Assembly: GCA_026770705.1 (NCBI GenBank)
Contig: JANJGN010000546.1
Location: 1 to 64,000 of the forward strand
DNA length: 64,000 nucleotides
From: Isurus oxyrinchus
Taxonomy: Eukaryota
Reading direction: 5' to 3'
Under the pieces are notes generated by a model. That model saw nothing but the letters and a program-made list of their open reading frames with translations, did not search any database and was not told the origin of the DNA. Both the position numbers and the translations under genes were made by a program. Below, piece after piece: positions 27,165 through 40,505 of the stretch (position 1 is its first letter; every line of letters begins with the position of its first letter).

Positions 27165-29802
27165 GGTACACAGACACGCATAGTCATACACAAATGCACA
27201 CACACAGAGACACACAGACAGGCTCACACACACACAGACAAACGCATGCACACACTCACAAGCTCACTCAGACAAGTACAAAGACACACTACGCATACAC
27301 ACAGACAGGCACAGACACACACACACACACGCTCACACAGGAAGGCACACATACACACACACATACACAAACACACACACACTCACAAACACACACAGAT
27401 ATCAGAGGTCATATAATTATAGAGTGCAATAAAAATTTAAAAGAGGATATGATTAAATTGTTTGCTTGTCTTTGAGGTGTAGGTTGTGAATGTTGAAGCT
27501 GTTTTAAATTAGTTGGTTAGCTCTAGAATCCTGTAGTTCATCTAGCTCAGACTTGGACGTGTTTGAAGACATTCTGTTAGCTTCAAACAGAGAGAGAGAG
27601 AAAGCGAAAGAGGGACAGAGAGAGAGAGAGAGAGAAGGAAAAATCATTTCTGTTCTTTTCTAGCAGGGTTTTTAGATGACTGCCATATTTCTTTTTCCCC
27701 TCCTTTTTCTTATAACTGCTTGGCAGAACCATTTGTTAAACTTCTGTCTGTATATTCCTGAGAGGGAATTCGATCAACATGTTTTACATTCATTGTTATA
27801 GTCCAAGTATTCCCATTTTTTATCTTTGCATCTCCAAAACATTTGATGCATTTCAAGATATAAATCAACAAGAGACGGGGGTATTGCATCCTCCACAGGG
27901 GGTTTTGAATGGCTGATGATTATCCGCTTGGTGAGCAGTTCCCACTGTTTTGATAGAACTACAGCTGATCAAAGTCCAGCACTTTGCATTTTAATGCCTT
28001 CCTTTTAAGAGTGTTCCTGTTTGAAGTGGACCCTGACACAAGCCAGGCATGAACTTCCATGCAACAGGTCTGCAGTGCAATTCATTTGAACCTTTCCAGA
28101 GAAGTGATCAACTGCACAGTATCAGCAATCAGATGACTTGTGTCAGCCATTTTTCATCTGAGTACAATCTTGTATTTCTTTGAAAAACAGGTCACTTTCA
28201 GACAGTTCAATATATCTTTGGTCTGTTAGTTAAGTTGTAGGAAGCTCTTAGTCGCAGTTTGCTGTTGTTGGGATATTGTCTTTGTGTGTGTGTTTGTGCA
28301 TGTGTGTGTGAGTGTGTGAGTGAATGTGTGTATGTGAGAATGTGAGTGTGTTTGTGTCTGTCTGTAAGTGTGTGAGCGTTTGTATGTGTGTTTGTGTATG
28401 TGTGTGTGCGTGTCTGTATGTGTGTGAGTGTGAGTGTGCGTGTATGTGTGTGTCTGTGTGCCTGTGTGTCTGTGTGTGTGAGTGAGTGTATGAGTATGTC
28501 TGTGTGTGTCTGTGTGTGTCTGTGTGTGCCTGTGTGTGTCTGTATGTGTGTGTGTCTTTGTGTGTGTTTGTGAGAGAGAGAGTGAGTGATTCACAGAGTG
28601 AAACCTCCCTGAGTGTGGCCGGTGTGTTTAACATTTAAGGCACACAGACAGGATGTGGTTAAAAGGTGAAACCACAAGAAGTGAGTGTGTTTCTCCCTGA
28701 GTGTGGCCGGTGTGTTTAACATTTAAGGCACACAGACAGGATGTGGTTAAAAGGTGAAACCACAAGAAGTGAGTGTGTTTCTCAGTGACTGTCTCTCTGT
28801 GGGTTTCCTGTGGGTTTCTGTGAACTGCCTGTGGTTTTAAAAAGAATCTTCCAACCCCACATGCACGGCATCAAATAAGGAATTGGAAGCTGCAGCTCAG
28901 AGAGTAACTAGTCCCCCGAGAATTCACAGCCCCTCAAACACAGATTAACAGCATTAATCCTGACCGTCAGCCCACTCACTCATTGCCTCTTGTCTCAGAC
29001 ACTAGAAAGTGGAAGTTAAGGCCAGATTTTCACTCCCGGGTCGGGGGTCACAGAGACGGCAAAATTCACGGCTCCGCCAACTCCACCTCTAAACATGTCA
29101 GTCCCAGATTCCGATGTGTGGTCCAGGGGTCGGGGGGTGTGGGTGGGTCGGTCATGGTGGTGGGGGTGGGGGTGAGGGTGGGGGTGGTGGTGGTGGTGGT
29201 GTTGGGGGTGGTGGGGGGTGGTGGTGTTGGGGGTGGTGGGGGTAGTGGTGTTGGGGGGTGGGGGGGGTGGAGGTGTTGGGGGTGTTGGGGGTGTGGTGGA
29301 TGGTGGTAGGGGTGGGGGTGGGGTTGTTGGTGGGGGGTGGGATGGGGTTCGGGGTGGGTGTGGAGGTGGTGGGGGTGGTGGGGGGGTGATGGGGGTGTGG
29401 TTGGGGAAGGGGGTGGGTTGGGGGAGGGTGTGGTGGTGGTGGGGGTGGGGGGAGGGGGGTGGTGGTGTGGGGGTGGGGGAGGGGGGTGATGGTGGTGTTG
29501 GGGGTGGAGGTGGGGTTGGTGGGGGTGGGGATGGTGTTGGGTGTGGGGGAGGGTGTGGTGGTGGGGGTGGGGGAGGTAGGGTTGGTGGGGGTGGGGGGAG
29601 GGAGTGGGAGTGGTGGTGGTGGTGAGGGTGGGGGGAGGGTGTGGGGGTGGGGGTGTGGATGAGGGTGGGGAGGGGGTGGGGGGAGGGGGGGTGGAGGTAC
29701 GGGTGGTGGGGGTGCAGGTCAGGTCCCTCGGGCACCGATAAAAAGCGGGGCCTTCAGAAAGGCCCATTTGAGAGGTGGGTGGTCAATGGTGAAGACCCTG
29801 TG

Positions 29803-32800
29803 CCTCCTCCCCCTCCTCATCCCCTTCCTCATCCCCTCCCCCTCCTCATCCCCCTCCTCATCCCCTTCCTCATCCCCCTCCCCCTTCTCCTCCCCTCCTC
29901 ATCCCCCTCCTCATCCCCGTACTCATCTCCCTCCCTATCTCCCTCCTCATCCCCCTCTTCATCCCCCTGCTCATTTCCTCCTCATCTCCCTCCTTATCCC
30001 CTCCTCATCCCCCTCTTCATCGTCCTCCTCACCCCCCTCCTCATCCCCCTCCTCATCTCCCTCCTCATCCCCCACCTCATCCCCTCCTCATTCCCTCCTC
30101 ATCCCCCTCCTCATCATCCTCCTGACCCCCCTCCTCATCCCCTCCTAATCCCCCTCCTCATCCCCTCCTCATCCCCCCTCCTCATCCTCATTCCCTCCTC
30201 ATCCCCACCTCATCCCCTCCTCATCCTCCTCCTCATCTCCCTCCTCATCACCTCTTCATCTCCCTCCTCATCCCCCCTCCTGATCCACTTCTCATCCCCT
30301 CCTCATCCCCCTCCTCATCTCCCTCCTCATCACCTCTTCATCCCCCTCCTCATCCCCCTCCTCATCCCCTCGTCATCCCCTCTTCATCCCCCTCCTCATC
30401 CCCTCCTCATCCTACTACTCATCTCCCTCCTCATCCCCCTCCTCATCCCCTTCCTCCTCCTCCTCCTCATCTCCCTCCTCATCTCCCTCCTCATCCCCCA
30501 CCTCATCCCCTCCTCATTCCCTCCTCATCCACTCCTCATCCCCCTCCTCATCCCCTCATCATCCCCCTCCTCATCCCCCTCCCTATTCCTCTCCTCATCC
30601 CCCTCCTCATCCCCTCCTCATCCTCCTCCTCATCTCCCTCCTCATCCCCCTCCTCATCGCCTCCTCATCCTCCTCCTCATTTCCCTCCTCATTCCACTCC
30701 TCATCCCCTCCTCATCCCCTCCTCATCTCCCTTCTCATCCCCCTCCTCATTCCCTCGTCATCCCCTCCTCATCCCCTCCTCATCCTCCTCCTCATCTCCC
30801 TCCTCATCCCCCTCCTCATCCCCTCCTCATCCTCCTCCTCATCGCCCCTTCTCATCCCCCTCCTCATCCCCCTCCTCATCCTCCTCCTCATCTCCCTCCT
30901 AATCCCCCTCCTCATCCCCTCCTCATCCTCCTCCTCATCTCCCTCCTCATCCCCTCCTCATCCCCCTCCTCATTTCCCTCCTCATCCCCCTCCACCTCCC
31001 CCTCCCCCTCCTCTTCCCCTCCTCATCTCCCTCCTCATCACCTCCTCATCCCCCTCCCCCCTCCCACTCCTTGTCCCCCTCCTCATCTCCCTCCTCATTC
31101 CCCCCCTCATTCCCCTCCTCATCCTCCTCTTCATCCCCTCGTCATCCACTCCTCATCTACCTCCTCATCTCCCTCCTCTTCCCCTCCTCATCCCCCTCCT
31201 CATTCCCCTCCTCATCCTCCTCTTCATCCCCTCCTCATCTACCTCCTCATCTCCCTCCTCTTCCACCTCCTCTTCCCCCTCCGCATCATCTCCCTCCTCA
31301 TCTCCCTCCTCATCCCCCTCCTCATCCCCCTCCTCATCCCCTCCTCATCTCCCTCCTCATCTACCTCCTCATCAACCTCCTCATCCCCCTCCTCATCCCC
31401 CTCCTCACCTCACTCCTTATCTCCCTCCTCATCTCCCTCCTCATCCCCTCCACATCCCCCTCCTCATACCACTCCTCATCCTCCTCCTCATCTCCCTCCT
31501 CATCCCCTCCTCATCCCCTCCTCATCTCCTCATCACTCTCCTCATCCCCCTCATCATCCCCTCCTCATCCTCCTCCTCATATCCCTCCTCATCCCCCTCC
31601 TCATATCCCTCCTCATCCCTATCCTCATCCCCTCATCATCCCCTCCTCATCCCCCTCCTCAACCCCTTCTCATCCTCCTCCTCATCTCCCTCCTCATCCC
31701 CTCCTCATCCTCCTCCTCATCTCCCTCCTCATCCCCCTCCTCATCCCCTCCTCATCCTCCTCCTCATCTCCCTCCTCATCCCCTCCTCTTCCCCCTCCTC
31801 ATTTCCCTCCTCATCCCCCTCCACCTCCCCCTCCCCCTCCTCTTCCCCTCCTCATCTCCCTCCTCATCACCTCCTCATCCCCCTCCCCCTCCCACTCCTT
31901 GTCCCCCTCCTCATCTCCCTCCTCATTCCCCCCTCATTCCCCTCCTCATCCTCCTCTGTCATCCCCTCGTCATCCACTCCTCATCTACCTCCTCATCTCC
32001 CTCCTCTTCCCCTCCTCATCCCCCTCCTCATTCCCTCCTCATCCTCCTCTTCATCCCCTCCTCATCTACCTCCTCATCTCCCTCCTCTTCCTCCTCCTCT
32101 TCCCCCTCCGCAATCATCTCCCTCCTCATCTCCCTCCTCATCCCCCTCTTCATCCCCCTCCTCATCCCCTCCTCATCTCCCTCCTCATCTACCTTCTCAT
32201 CCCCCTCCTCACCCCACTCCTTATCTCCCTCCTCATCTCCCTCCTCATCCCCTCCTCATCCCCCTCCCCATCCCCTTCTCATCCTCTCCTCATCCCCCTC
32301 CCTATCCCTCTCCTCATCCCCGTCCTCATCTCCCTCCTCATCCCCTCCTCATCCCCCTCCTCATCCCCTCCTCATCCTCCTCCTCATCTCCTCCTCATCC
32401 CCCTCCTCATCCCCTCCTCATCTCCTCATCACTCTCCTCATCCCCCTCCTCATCCCCTCCTCATCATCCTCCTCATATCCTTCCTCATCCCCCCTCCTCA
32501 TATCCCTCCTCATTCCTATCCTCATCCCCTCATCATCCCCTCCTCATCCCCCTCCTCATCCCCTTCTCATCCTCCTCCTCATCTCCCTCCTCATCACCCT
32601 CCTCATCCCCTCCTCATCCTCCTCCTCATCTCCCTCCTCATCCCCTCCTCATCCTCCTCCTCATCTCCCTCCTCATCCCCCTCCTCATCCCCTCCTCATC
32701 CTCCTCCTCATCTCCCTCCTCATCCCCCTCCTCATCTCCTCCTCATCCTCCTCATCTCCCTCCTCATCCCCTCCTCTTCCCCTTCCTCATTCCCCTCCTC

Positions 32801-35800
32801 ATCCCCCTTCACCTCCCCCCCTCCTCGTCCCCCTCCTCATCTCGCTCCTCATCCCCCTCCTCATTCCCCTCCTCATCCTCCTCTTCATCCCCTCATCATC
32901 CCCTCCGCTTCCCCCTCTCATCTCCCTCCTCTTCCCCCTCCTCATCCCCCTCCTCATTCACCCTCCTCATTCTCCTCCTCATCCCCACTCATCTACCTCC
33001 TCATCTCCTTCCTCTTCCTCCTCCTCTTTCCCCCTCCCTCATCCCCCTCCTCATCCCCCTCCTCATGCTCATCCCCTCCTCATCTCCCTCCTCATCCCCC
33101 TCCTCTTCCACTCGTCATCCCCTTTTCATCCCCCTCCTCATCCACTTCTCATCCTCCTCCTCATCTCCCTCCTCATCCCCCTCCTCATCCCCTCCTCATC
33201 CTCTTCCTCATCTTCCTCCTCATCCCCCTCCTCATGCCCTCCTCATTCTTCTCTTCATCTCCCTCCTCATCCCCCTCCTCATCCCCCTCCTCATCCCCTC
33301 CTCATCCCCCTCCTCATCCACCTCCTCATCCCGTCCTCAACTCCCTCCTGATCCCCCTCCTCATCCCCTCCTCATCCTCCTCCTCATCTCCCTCCTCATC
33401 CCCTCCTCATCCCCCTCCCTATCCCTCTCCTCATCCCCCTCCTCATCTCCCTCCTCATCCCCTCCTCATCCCCCTCCTTATCCCCTTCTCATCCTCCTCC
33501 TCATCTCCCTCCTCATCCCCCTCCTCATCCCCTCCTCATCCCCTCCTCATCTCCCTCCTCATCCCCCTCCTCATCCCCCTCCTCATCCCCTCCTCATCCC
33601 CTCCTCATCTCCCTCCTCATCCCCTCCTCATCCCCTCATCATCCCCTCCTCATCCCCCTCCTCATCCCCTCCTCATCTCCTCCTCATGCCCCTGCTCATC
33701 CTCTCCTCATCCCCCTCCTCATCCTCTCCTCATCCTCCTCCTCATCTCCCTCCTCATCCCCCTCCTCATCCCCTCCTCATCCTCCTCCTCATCACCCTCC
33801 TCATCCCTCTCCTCATCCCATCCTCATCCTCCTCCTCATCTCCCTCCTCATCCTCCTCCTCATCTCCCTCCTCATCCCCCTCCTCATCCCCTCATCATCC
33901 CCTCCTCATTCCCCTCCTCATCCACTCCTCATCCTCCTCCTCATCTCCCTCCTCATCCCCTCCTCATCCTCCACCCCATCTCCCTCCTCATCCCCCTCCT
34001 CATCCCCTCCTCATCCTCCTCCTCATCTCCCTCCTCATCCCCTCCTCATCCTCCTCCTCATCTCCCTCCTCATCCCCTCCTCCTCATCTCCCTCCTCATC
34101 CCCTCCTCATCCCCCTCCTCATTCCCCCTCCTCATCCCCCCTCCACCTCCCCCTCCCCCTCCTCGTCCCCTCCTCATCTCGCTCCTCATCCCCCTCCTCA
34201 TTCCCCTCCTCATCCTCCTCTTCATCCCCTCATCATCCCCTCCGCTTCCCCCTCCTCATCTACCTCCTCATCTCCCTCCTCTTCCCCCCTCCTCATCCCC
34301 CTCCTCATTCCCCTCCTCATCCTCCTCCTCATCCCACCCATCTACCTCCTCATCTCCCTCCTCTTCCTCCTCCTCTTCCCCCTCCTCATCCCCCTCCTCA
34401 TCCCCCTCCTCATGCTCATCCCCTCCTCATCCCCTCCTCATCGCCCTCCTCATCCCGTCCTCAACTCGCTCCTCATCCCCCTCCTCATCCCCTCATCCTC
34501 CTCCTCATCTCCCTCCTCATACCCTCAACTCCCTCCTCATCCCCCTCCTCATCCCCTTCTCATCGCCCTCCTCATCCCGTCCTCAACTCGCTCCTCATCC
34601 CCCTCCTCATCCCCTCATCCCCCTCCTCATCCCCTTCTCATCCCCTCCTCATCCCCCTCCCTATCCCACTCCTCATCCCCCTCCTCATCTCCCTCCACAT
34701 CCCCTCCTCATCCCCCTCCTTATCCCCTCCTCATTCTCCTCCTCATCTCCCTCCTCATCCCCCTCCTCATCCCCTCCTCATCCTCCTCCTCATCTTCTTC
34801 CTCATCCCCTCTTCATCCCCCTCCTCATTCCCTCCTCCTCTCCCTCCTCATCTCCCTCCTCATCCCCTCCTCATCCCCTCATCATCCCCTCCTCATCACC
34901 CTCCTCATCCCACCTCATCCTCCTCCTCATCTCCCTCCTCATCCCCCTCCTCATCCCCTCCTCATCCCCTCCTCATCCTCCTCCTCATCCCCCTCCTCAT
35001 CCCCTCCTCATCCTCCTCCTCATCACCCTCCTCATCCCCCTCCTCATCCCCCTCCTCATCCCCCTCCTCATCCCCTTCCTCATCCCCTCCCCCTCCTCAT
35101 CCCCCTCCTCATCCCCTTCCTCATCCTCTCACCCTCCTCCTCCCCTCCTCATCCCCCTCCTCATCCCCGTACTCATCTCCCTCCCTATCTCCCTCCTCAT
35201 CACCCCTCTTCATCCCCCTGCTCATTTCCTCCTCATCTCCCTCCTTATCCCCTCCTCATCCCCCTCTTCATCGTCCTCCTCACCCCGCTCCTCATCCGTC
35301 TCCTCATCTCCCTCCTCATCCCCCACCTCATCCCCTCCTCATTCCCTCCTCATCTCCCTCCTCATCATCCTCCTGACCCCCCTCCTCATCCCCTCCTAAA
35401 CCCCCTCCTCATCCCCTCCTCATCCCCCTCCTCATCCTCATCCCCTCCTCATCCCCACCTCATCCCCTCCTCATCCTCCTCCTCATCTCCCTCCTCATCA
35501 CCTCTTCATCACCCTCCTCATCCCCCTCCTCATCCACTTCTCATCCCCTCCTCATCCCCCTCCTCATCTCCCTCCTCATCACCTCTTCATCCCCCTCCTC
35601 ATCGCCCTCCTCTTCCCCTCATCATCCCCTCTTCATCCCCCTCCTCATCCTCTCCTCATCCTCCTCCTTATCTCCCTCCTCATCCCCCTCCTCATCCCCC
35701 CTCATCCTCCTCCTCATCTCCCTCCTCATCCCCCTCCTCATCCCCTCCTCATCTCCCTCCTCACCTCCCTCCTCATCCCCCTCCTCATCCCCCCCTCATC

Positions 35801-36733
35801 GCCCTCCTCATCCCGTCCTCAACTCGCTCCTCATCCCCCTCCTCATCCCCTCCTCATCCTCCTCCTCATCTCCCTCCTCATCCCCTCAACTCCTCCTCAT
35901 CCCCCTCCTCATCCCCTTCTCATCCCCTCCTCATCCCCCTCCCTATCCCACTCCGCATCCCCCTCCTCATCTCCCTCCACATCCCCTCCTCATCCCCCTC
36001 CTTATCCCCTCCTCATCCTCCTCCTCATCTCCCTCCTCATCCCCCTCCTCATCCCCTCCTCATCCTCCTCCTCATCTCCTTCCTCATCCCCCTCTTCATC
36101 CCCCTCCTCATCCCCTCCTCCTCTCCCTCCTCATCTCCCTCCTCATCCCCTCCTCATCCCCTCATCATCCCCTCCTCATCCCCCTCCTCATCCCCCCTCA
36201 TCCTCCTCCTCATCTCCCTCCTCATCCCCCTCCTCATCCCCTCCTCATCCCCTCCTCATCTCCTTCCTCATCCCCCTCCTCATCCCCTCCTCATCCTCCT
36301 CCTCATCTCCCTCCTCATCCCCTCAACTCCCTCCTCATCCCCCTCCTCATCCCCTTCTCATCCCCTCTTCATCCCCCTCCCTATCCCACTCCTCATCCTC
36401 CTCCTCATCTCCCTCCTCATCCCCCTCCTCATCCCCTCCTCATCCTCCGCCTCATCACCCTCCTCATCCCTCTCCTCATCCCATCCTCATCCTCCCCCTC
36501 CTCTCCCTCCTCATCCCCCTCCTCATCTCCCTCCTCATCCCCCTCCTCATCCCCTCCTCATCCTCCGCCTCATCACCCTCCTCATCCCTCTCCTCATCCC
36601 ATCCTCATCCTCCCCCTCCTCTCCCTCCTCATCCCCCTCCTCATCTCCCTCCTCATCCCCCTCCTCATCCCCTCCTCATCTCCCTCCTCATCCCCCTCCT
36701 CATCCCCCTCCTCATCCCTTTCCTCATCCCCCT
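29803..36733 (+). repeat. C-rich CCTCAT satellite, unit 4 (~6.9 kb)
   Basis: Same motif. The tract-start variant catccccgtactcatc reappears at ~35162. Confidence 0.95.
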
Positions 36734-37190
36734 TTGTGTGAAGAAGTGCTTCCTGACACCCCCTGAACGGCCTGGCTCCAATTTTAATGTTCTGCCCCCT
36801 TGTTCTGGACCCCCCCACCCCTACACCCCCACCCCCTACCCCCACCCCCACCCTCACCCCCTCACCTCACCCCCACCCCCACCCCCCACCCCCACCCCCT
36901 CACCTCACCCCCACCACCAGGGGAAATAGTTTCTCTCTATCGACCCCATCGAATCCTTTAATCATCTTAAACCCCTCGATTAGATCACCCCTTAATCTTC
37001 GAGACTCGAGGGAACACAAGCCTGGTCTGTGCAACCTGTCCTCGGGATTTAACCCTTTCAGCCCCGGGATCGTTCTGGTGACTCTGGGCTGCAGCCCCTC
37101 CGAGGACAATATCCCCTCCCTGAGGTGCGGGGTCCAGGACTGACCCCAGTGACTACAGGTGGGGTCTGAGAGGGGCTTTAGAAAACTGTG
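36734..37190 (-). mobile_element. CR1 LINE 3' fragment with internal C-rich expansion
   Basis: Minus-strand translation GLCSLESRRLRGDLIEGFKMIKGFDGVDREKLFPLV, the CR1 ORF2 C-terminus. Confidence 0.85.
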
Positions 37191-37244
37191 CCGGACACTT
37201 CAAAAACTTCTTAAATTCAACCCTGTATCGAGTGCCTTAGAATA

Positions 37245-37640
37245 CTGGGGCCAATATTTACCCCCAACTAACACCCTAAAAAACAGATGGTCTGGCTCAT
37301 TCTCACATTGCTGTTTGTGGGAGCTTGCTGTGCGCAAATTGACTGTGGTGTTTCCTACGTTACAACGGGGATCCGCACTTCAAAGATAGTCCTTCATTCC
37401 CTGAGAAATGTTTTTGAACAGTGGATGCTGTGGAACAGTAGGAAACATGGCAGACAATTTCTGCACAGCAGGATCCCACAAACAGCAGTGAGATACAGAC
37501 CCAGAACATCTGTTTTTTTTTAATGATGTTGGTTTAGGGATAAATATTGGTCCCAGGACCCTGGGGATAACTGCCCCACCCGACTCCATACCCACCCCCT
37601 ACACTTCACCCAAAAAGTGTCCATGGGGTTTTTGACATCC
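37245..37640. mobile_element. Two Deu-SINE fragments in inverted (tail-to-tail) orientation
   Basis: cacattgctgtttgtgggagc on + (~37305) and its reverse complement cccacaaacagca (~37476). Confidence 0.7.
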
Positions 37641-38224
37641 ATCCGAGGTGTCCACTCTGTGCCTGTTCCAGGATCTTGAGGCTCAAGACCCAACATTGGG
37701 TTCACTTTGAGCCTATCCAATCGGGCACAGGGTCTGTTCCCACGAACTGCCAGGCCCTGACTTAAGGCTATTGTTCCCTTCGCGGCATGAGAGGGATGAT
37801 GGGTTGAAGGACATCTTTCACCCGAATCCTGTCTTAACAACATTGGAAACGCAGTAGGAAAAATCCCACTGGCCCCTTGTATCTTAACAACATCGTAAAC
37901 ATGACCTAAAGAATCCCCTGGTCACCCCTGAGTGTTTCTAATATTGTAAACACAGTGGATATATTTCCTCCATCTTCTGAGAGGTAAAACTATGACACTA
38001 GAGCACCGCCACTGGCAGGAGGGTGTAACTACAGTGTGACATGTTTACATGGGAATGTTACATTACAAACGAAGGTATATGATTGTAAATAATGAAAAGG
38101 GCACGTGATAACAGGAAATGGTGCCTTGAGAATGGAATTATTCACCAGATAATGGTATTCACATTTGAAAAACAATGTACACAAATGTCTGAGCATTTTA
38201 ATTGCTTGTTTCTTATATTCATTT

Positions 38225-40315
38225 ATGGGATGTGGGTGGCGCTGTCTAGGCCAGAATTATTGCCCATCCCTAATTGCTCTTGAGAATGTGGTAGTGAGCT
38301 GCTGTCTTGAACTGTTGCAGTCCATGTGGGGTAGGTACACCCGCAGTGCTGTTAGGGAGGGAATTGCAGGATTTGGACCCAGTGACAGTGCAGGAACGGC
38401 CGTATATTTCCAAGTCAGGATGGGGGTGAGTGACTTTGAGGGTAACTTCCAGGTGGTGCTGTTACCATGTATCTGCTGCCCTGTAATTCGAGATGGTAGT
38501 GGTTGTGTGTTTGAAGGTGCTGCCTAAGGAGTCTTGGTGAGTTCCTGCAGTGCACCGTGTAGATGGTACACACTGCTGCTACTGTGTGTCGGTTGTGCAG
38601 AGAGTGGATCTAGCGGGGCTGCTTTGTCCTGAGTGGTGTTGAGTTTACTGAATCTTGTTGGAGCTGCACTCATCCAGGCAAGTGGAGAGTCTTCCATCAC
38701 ACTCCTGACCTGTGCCTTGAAGGTGGTGGACAGGCTTTGGGGAGTCTGGAGTGAGTTACTCACTGCATGATTCCCAGCCTCTGACCTGCTCTTGTAGCCA
38801 CAGTGTTTATATGGCTAGTCCAGTTCAGTTTCAGGTCAATGGTAATCCCCAGGATGTTGATAGTGGGGGATTCAGCAATGGTAATGCCATTGAACATCAA
38901 AGGGCGATGGTTAGATTCTCTCTTATTGGAGATGGTCATTGCCTGACACTTGTCAGCGCAAGCCTGAATATGGTTCAGGTCTTGCTGCATTTGGACAAGG
39001 ACTGCTTCAGTATCTGAGGAGCCGTGAATGGTGCTGAACATTGTGCAATCATCAGTGAACATCCACACTTCTGTCCTTATGATGGAAGGAAGGTCATTGA
39101 TGAAGCAGCTGAAGATGGTTGGGCCGAGGACACTACCCTGAGTAACTCCTGCAGTGATGTCCTGGAACTGAGATGATTGACCTCCAACAACCACAACTAT
39201 CTTCCTTTGTGCTGGGTATGGCTCCAACCAGTGGAGAGTTTTCCCTTTGTTATGATGTGGTAGATGATGTGTGCCAGGGGGACCAAATCCACAAGGGAAA
39301 CTTGGTCACACTCTCACAACGGTTTTGCAATTTGTATTTATTATGAGATGTGTGCACTGAATTCAGGAGTAATGTTTCAACCAAGACATTTAGAGATCTT
39401 AAAAATTAAATTTCAATATTTATTAACAAAATACAAGATTTCAAGCACACACATAAGGATACGGTTACTACTATAACAAATCCTAAACTTCCTAATTAAC
39501 CTTAAAGATGGTGGACAGGCATTGGGGAGCCCAGAGATGAGTAGTACAACCCCATTTAAGGCAACAGTCCAAAATAGATTTTAGATTTAAAAACAGAACC
39601 AGCAAGTTAACACAGTACACACTTGAGAGTGGAATTCCAAATGGCTTTCTCAATCTATAGTCACTGAACATAACAGACCTATGGACAAATGCCTGGAGGC
39701 TTCTTCAAGGCTGATTCACACACTCTTGTTAGATTTTACATGGTCCCCAAAATAGCCTTTCATTCTCCTTTGTTTATGTTCCTCTCTCTTTGATATGTAA
39801 ATTTCATTGTTCCATATGTCTTTGGAATTATACATTTCCTATAATATAAAATCTTTCATGTTGCCAATGTTGTCAATAACCTTTGGGGAAAAATAAACAC
39901 ACTCCTTTGCCTTGCATATCGGCCTCGTTGTAAACAGACCAACAGCCCTTTGAAATCCAAACAATCCCGTCACTTATCTAAAAATGCAAATTCCCCTCAC
40001 ACCTTACATGCTAAGGCAGCCTCCATGTGTTCTCATTAGCATTTCAAGTACATTTTCTACATCTAGCTTCTTTTGATAATCTCAAACTTGCAGTCTACCT
40101 GACTCCAGGTGGGTGTAATTAAGCCACACAGACAGACCCATCTACACTCACACCCATAAACCTAGTTTACAACAAACCAGGAAAATATTAAGCAAATTAT
40201 TATACTTTCGTACCACCCCTGATTCCCATTGATTCCAGTTTTGCTCGGGCTCCTAGATGCCACACTCGGTCAAATGCAGCCTTGATGTCAAAGGCAGTCA
40301 CTCTCACCTCACCTT
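38225..40315 (-). mobile_element. CR1-group LINE (RT to 3' end), interrupted by a solo LTR
   Basis: ORF 38760-39227 reads AGVTQGSVLGPTIFSCFINDL...MFTDD (RT core). The LINE sequence resumes at 40216. Confidence 0.85.
39248..40215. mobile_element. Solo LTR (~970 bp)
   Basis: TGTTATGA...TCGTACCA termini with near-perfect 5-bp TSD ccctt/cccct, splitting the LINE. Confidence 0.7.
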
Positions 40316-40505
40316 GTATTAACAGATGTAACATTATACATAATTCATAAGCTTCTCACAATCTTTTACAGCATGGAAAAAGGTGCAGCATTCAGAAAGC
40401 TCACTCAGAAACAATAAAAAAAGTTGAGCAACATCATATTTCTGTTCATTACTATTTGACCATGTTGGCTGCACACACCCCACAGCCCCGCTCCCTGTTT
40501 CACAC

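Larger units (their letters stand above)
1..36733. repeat. Macrosatellite / tandem array, ~3.5 units of ~8.2-11.3 kb
   Basis: Near-identical unique segments recur at 1104/12360/20675/28983 and at 7876/14861/23082. The array probably continues left of the window. Confidence 0.95.

Noticed and set aside
29641-36766. Very long Pro/Ser/His/Leu ORFs (1077-1442 aa; also 4217-7450)
   Set aside because: All three plus frames are open because the CCTCAT satellite can hardly form stop codons. No domain content, and length differs between units.
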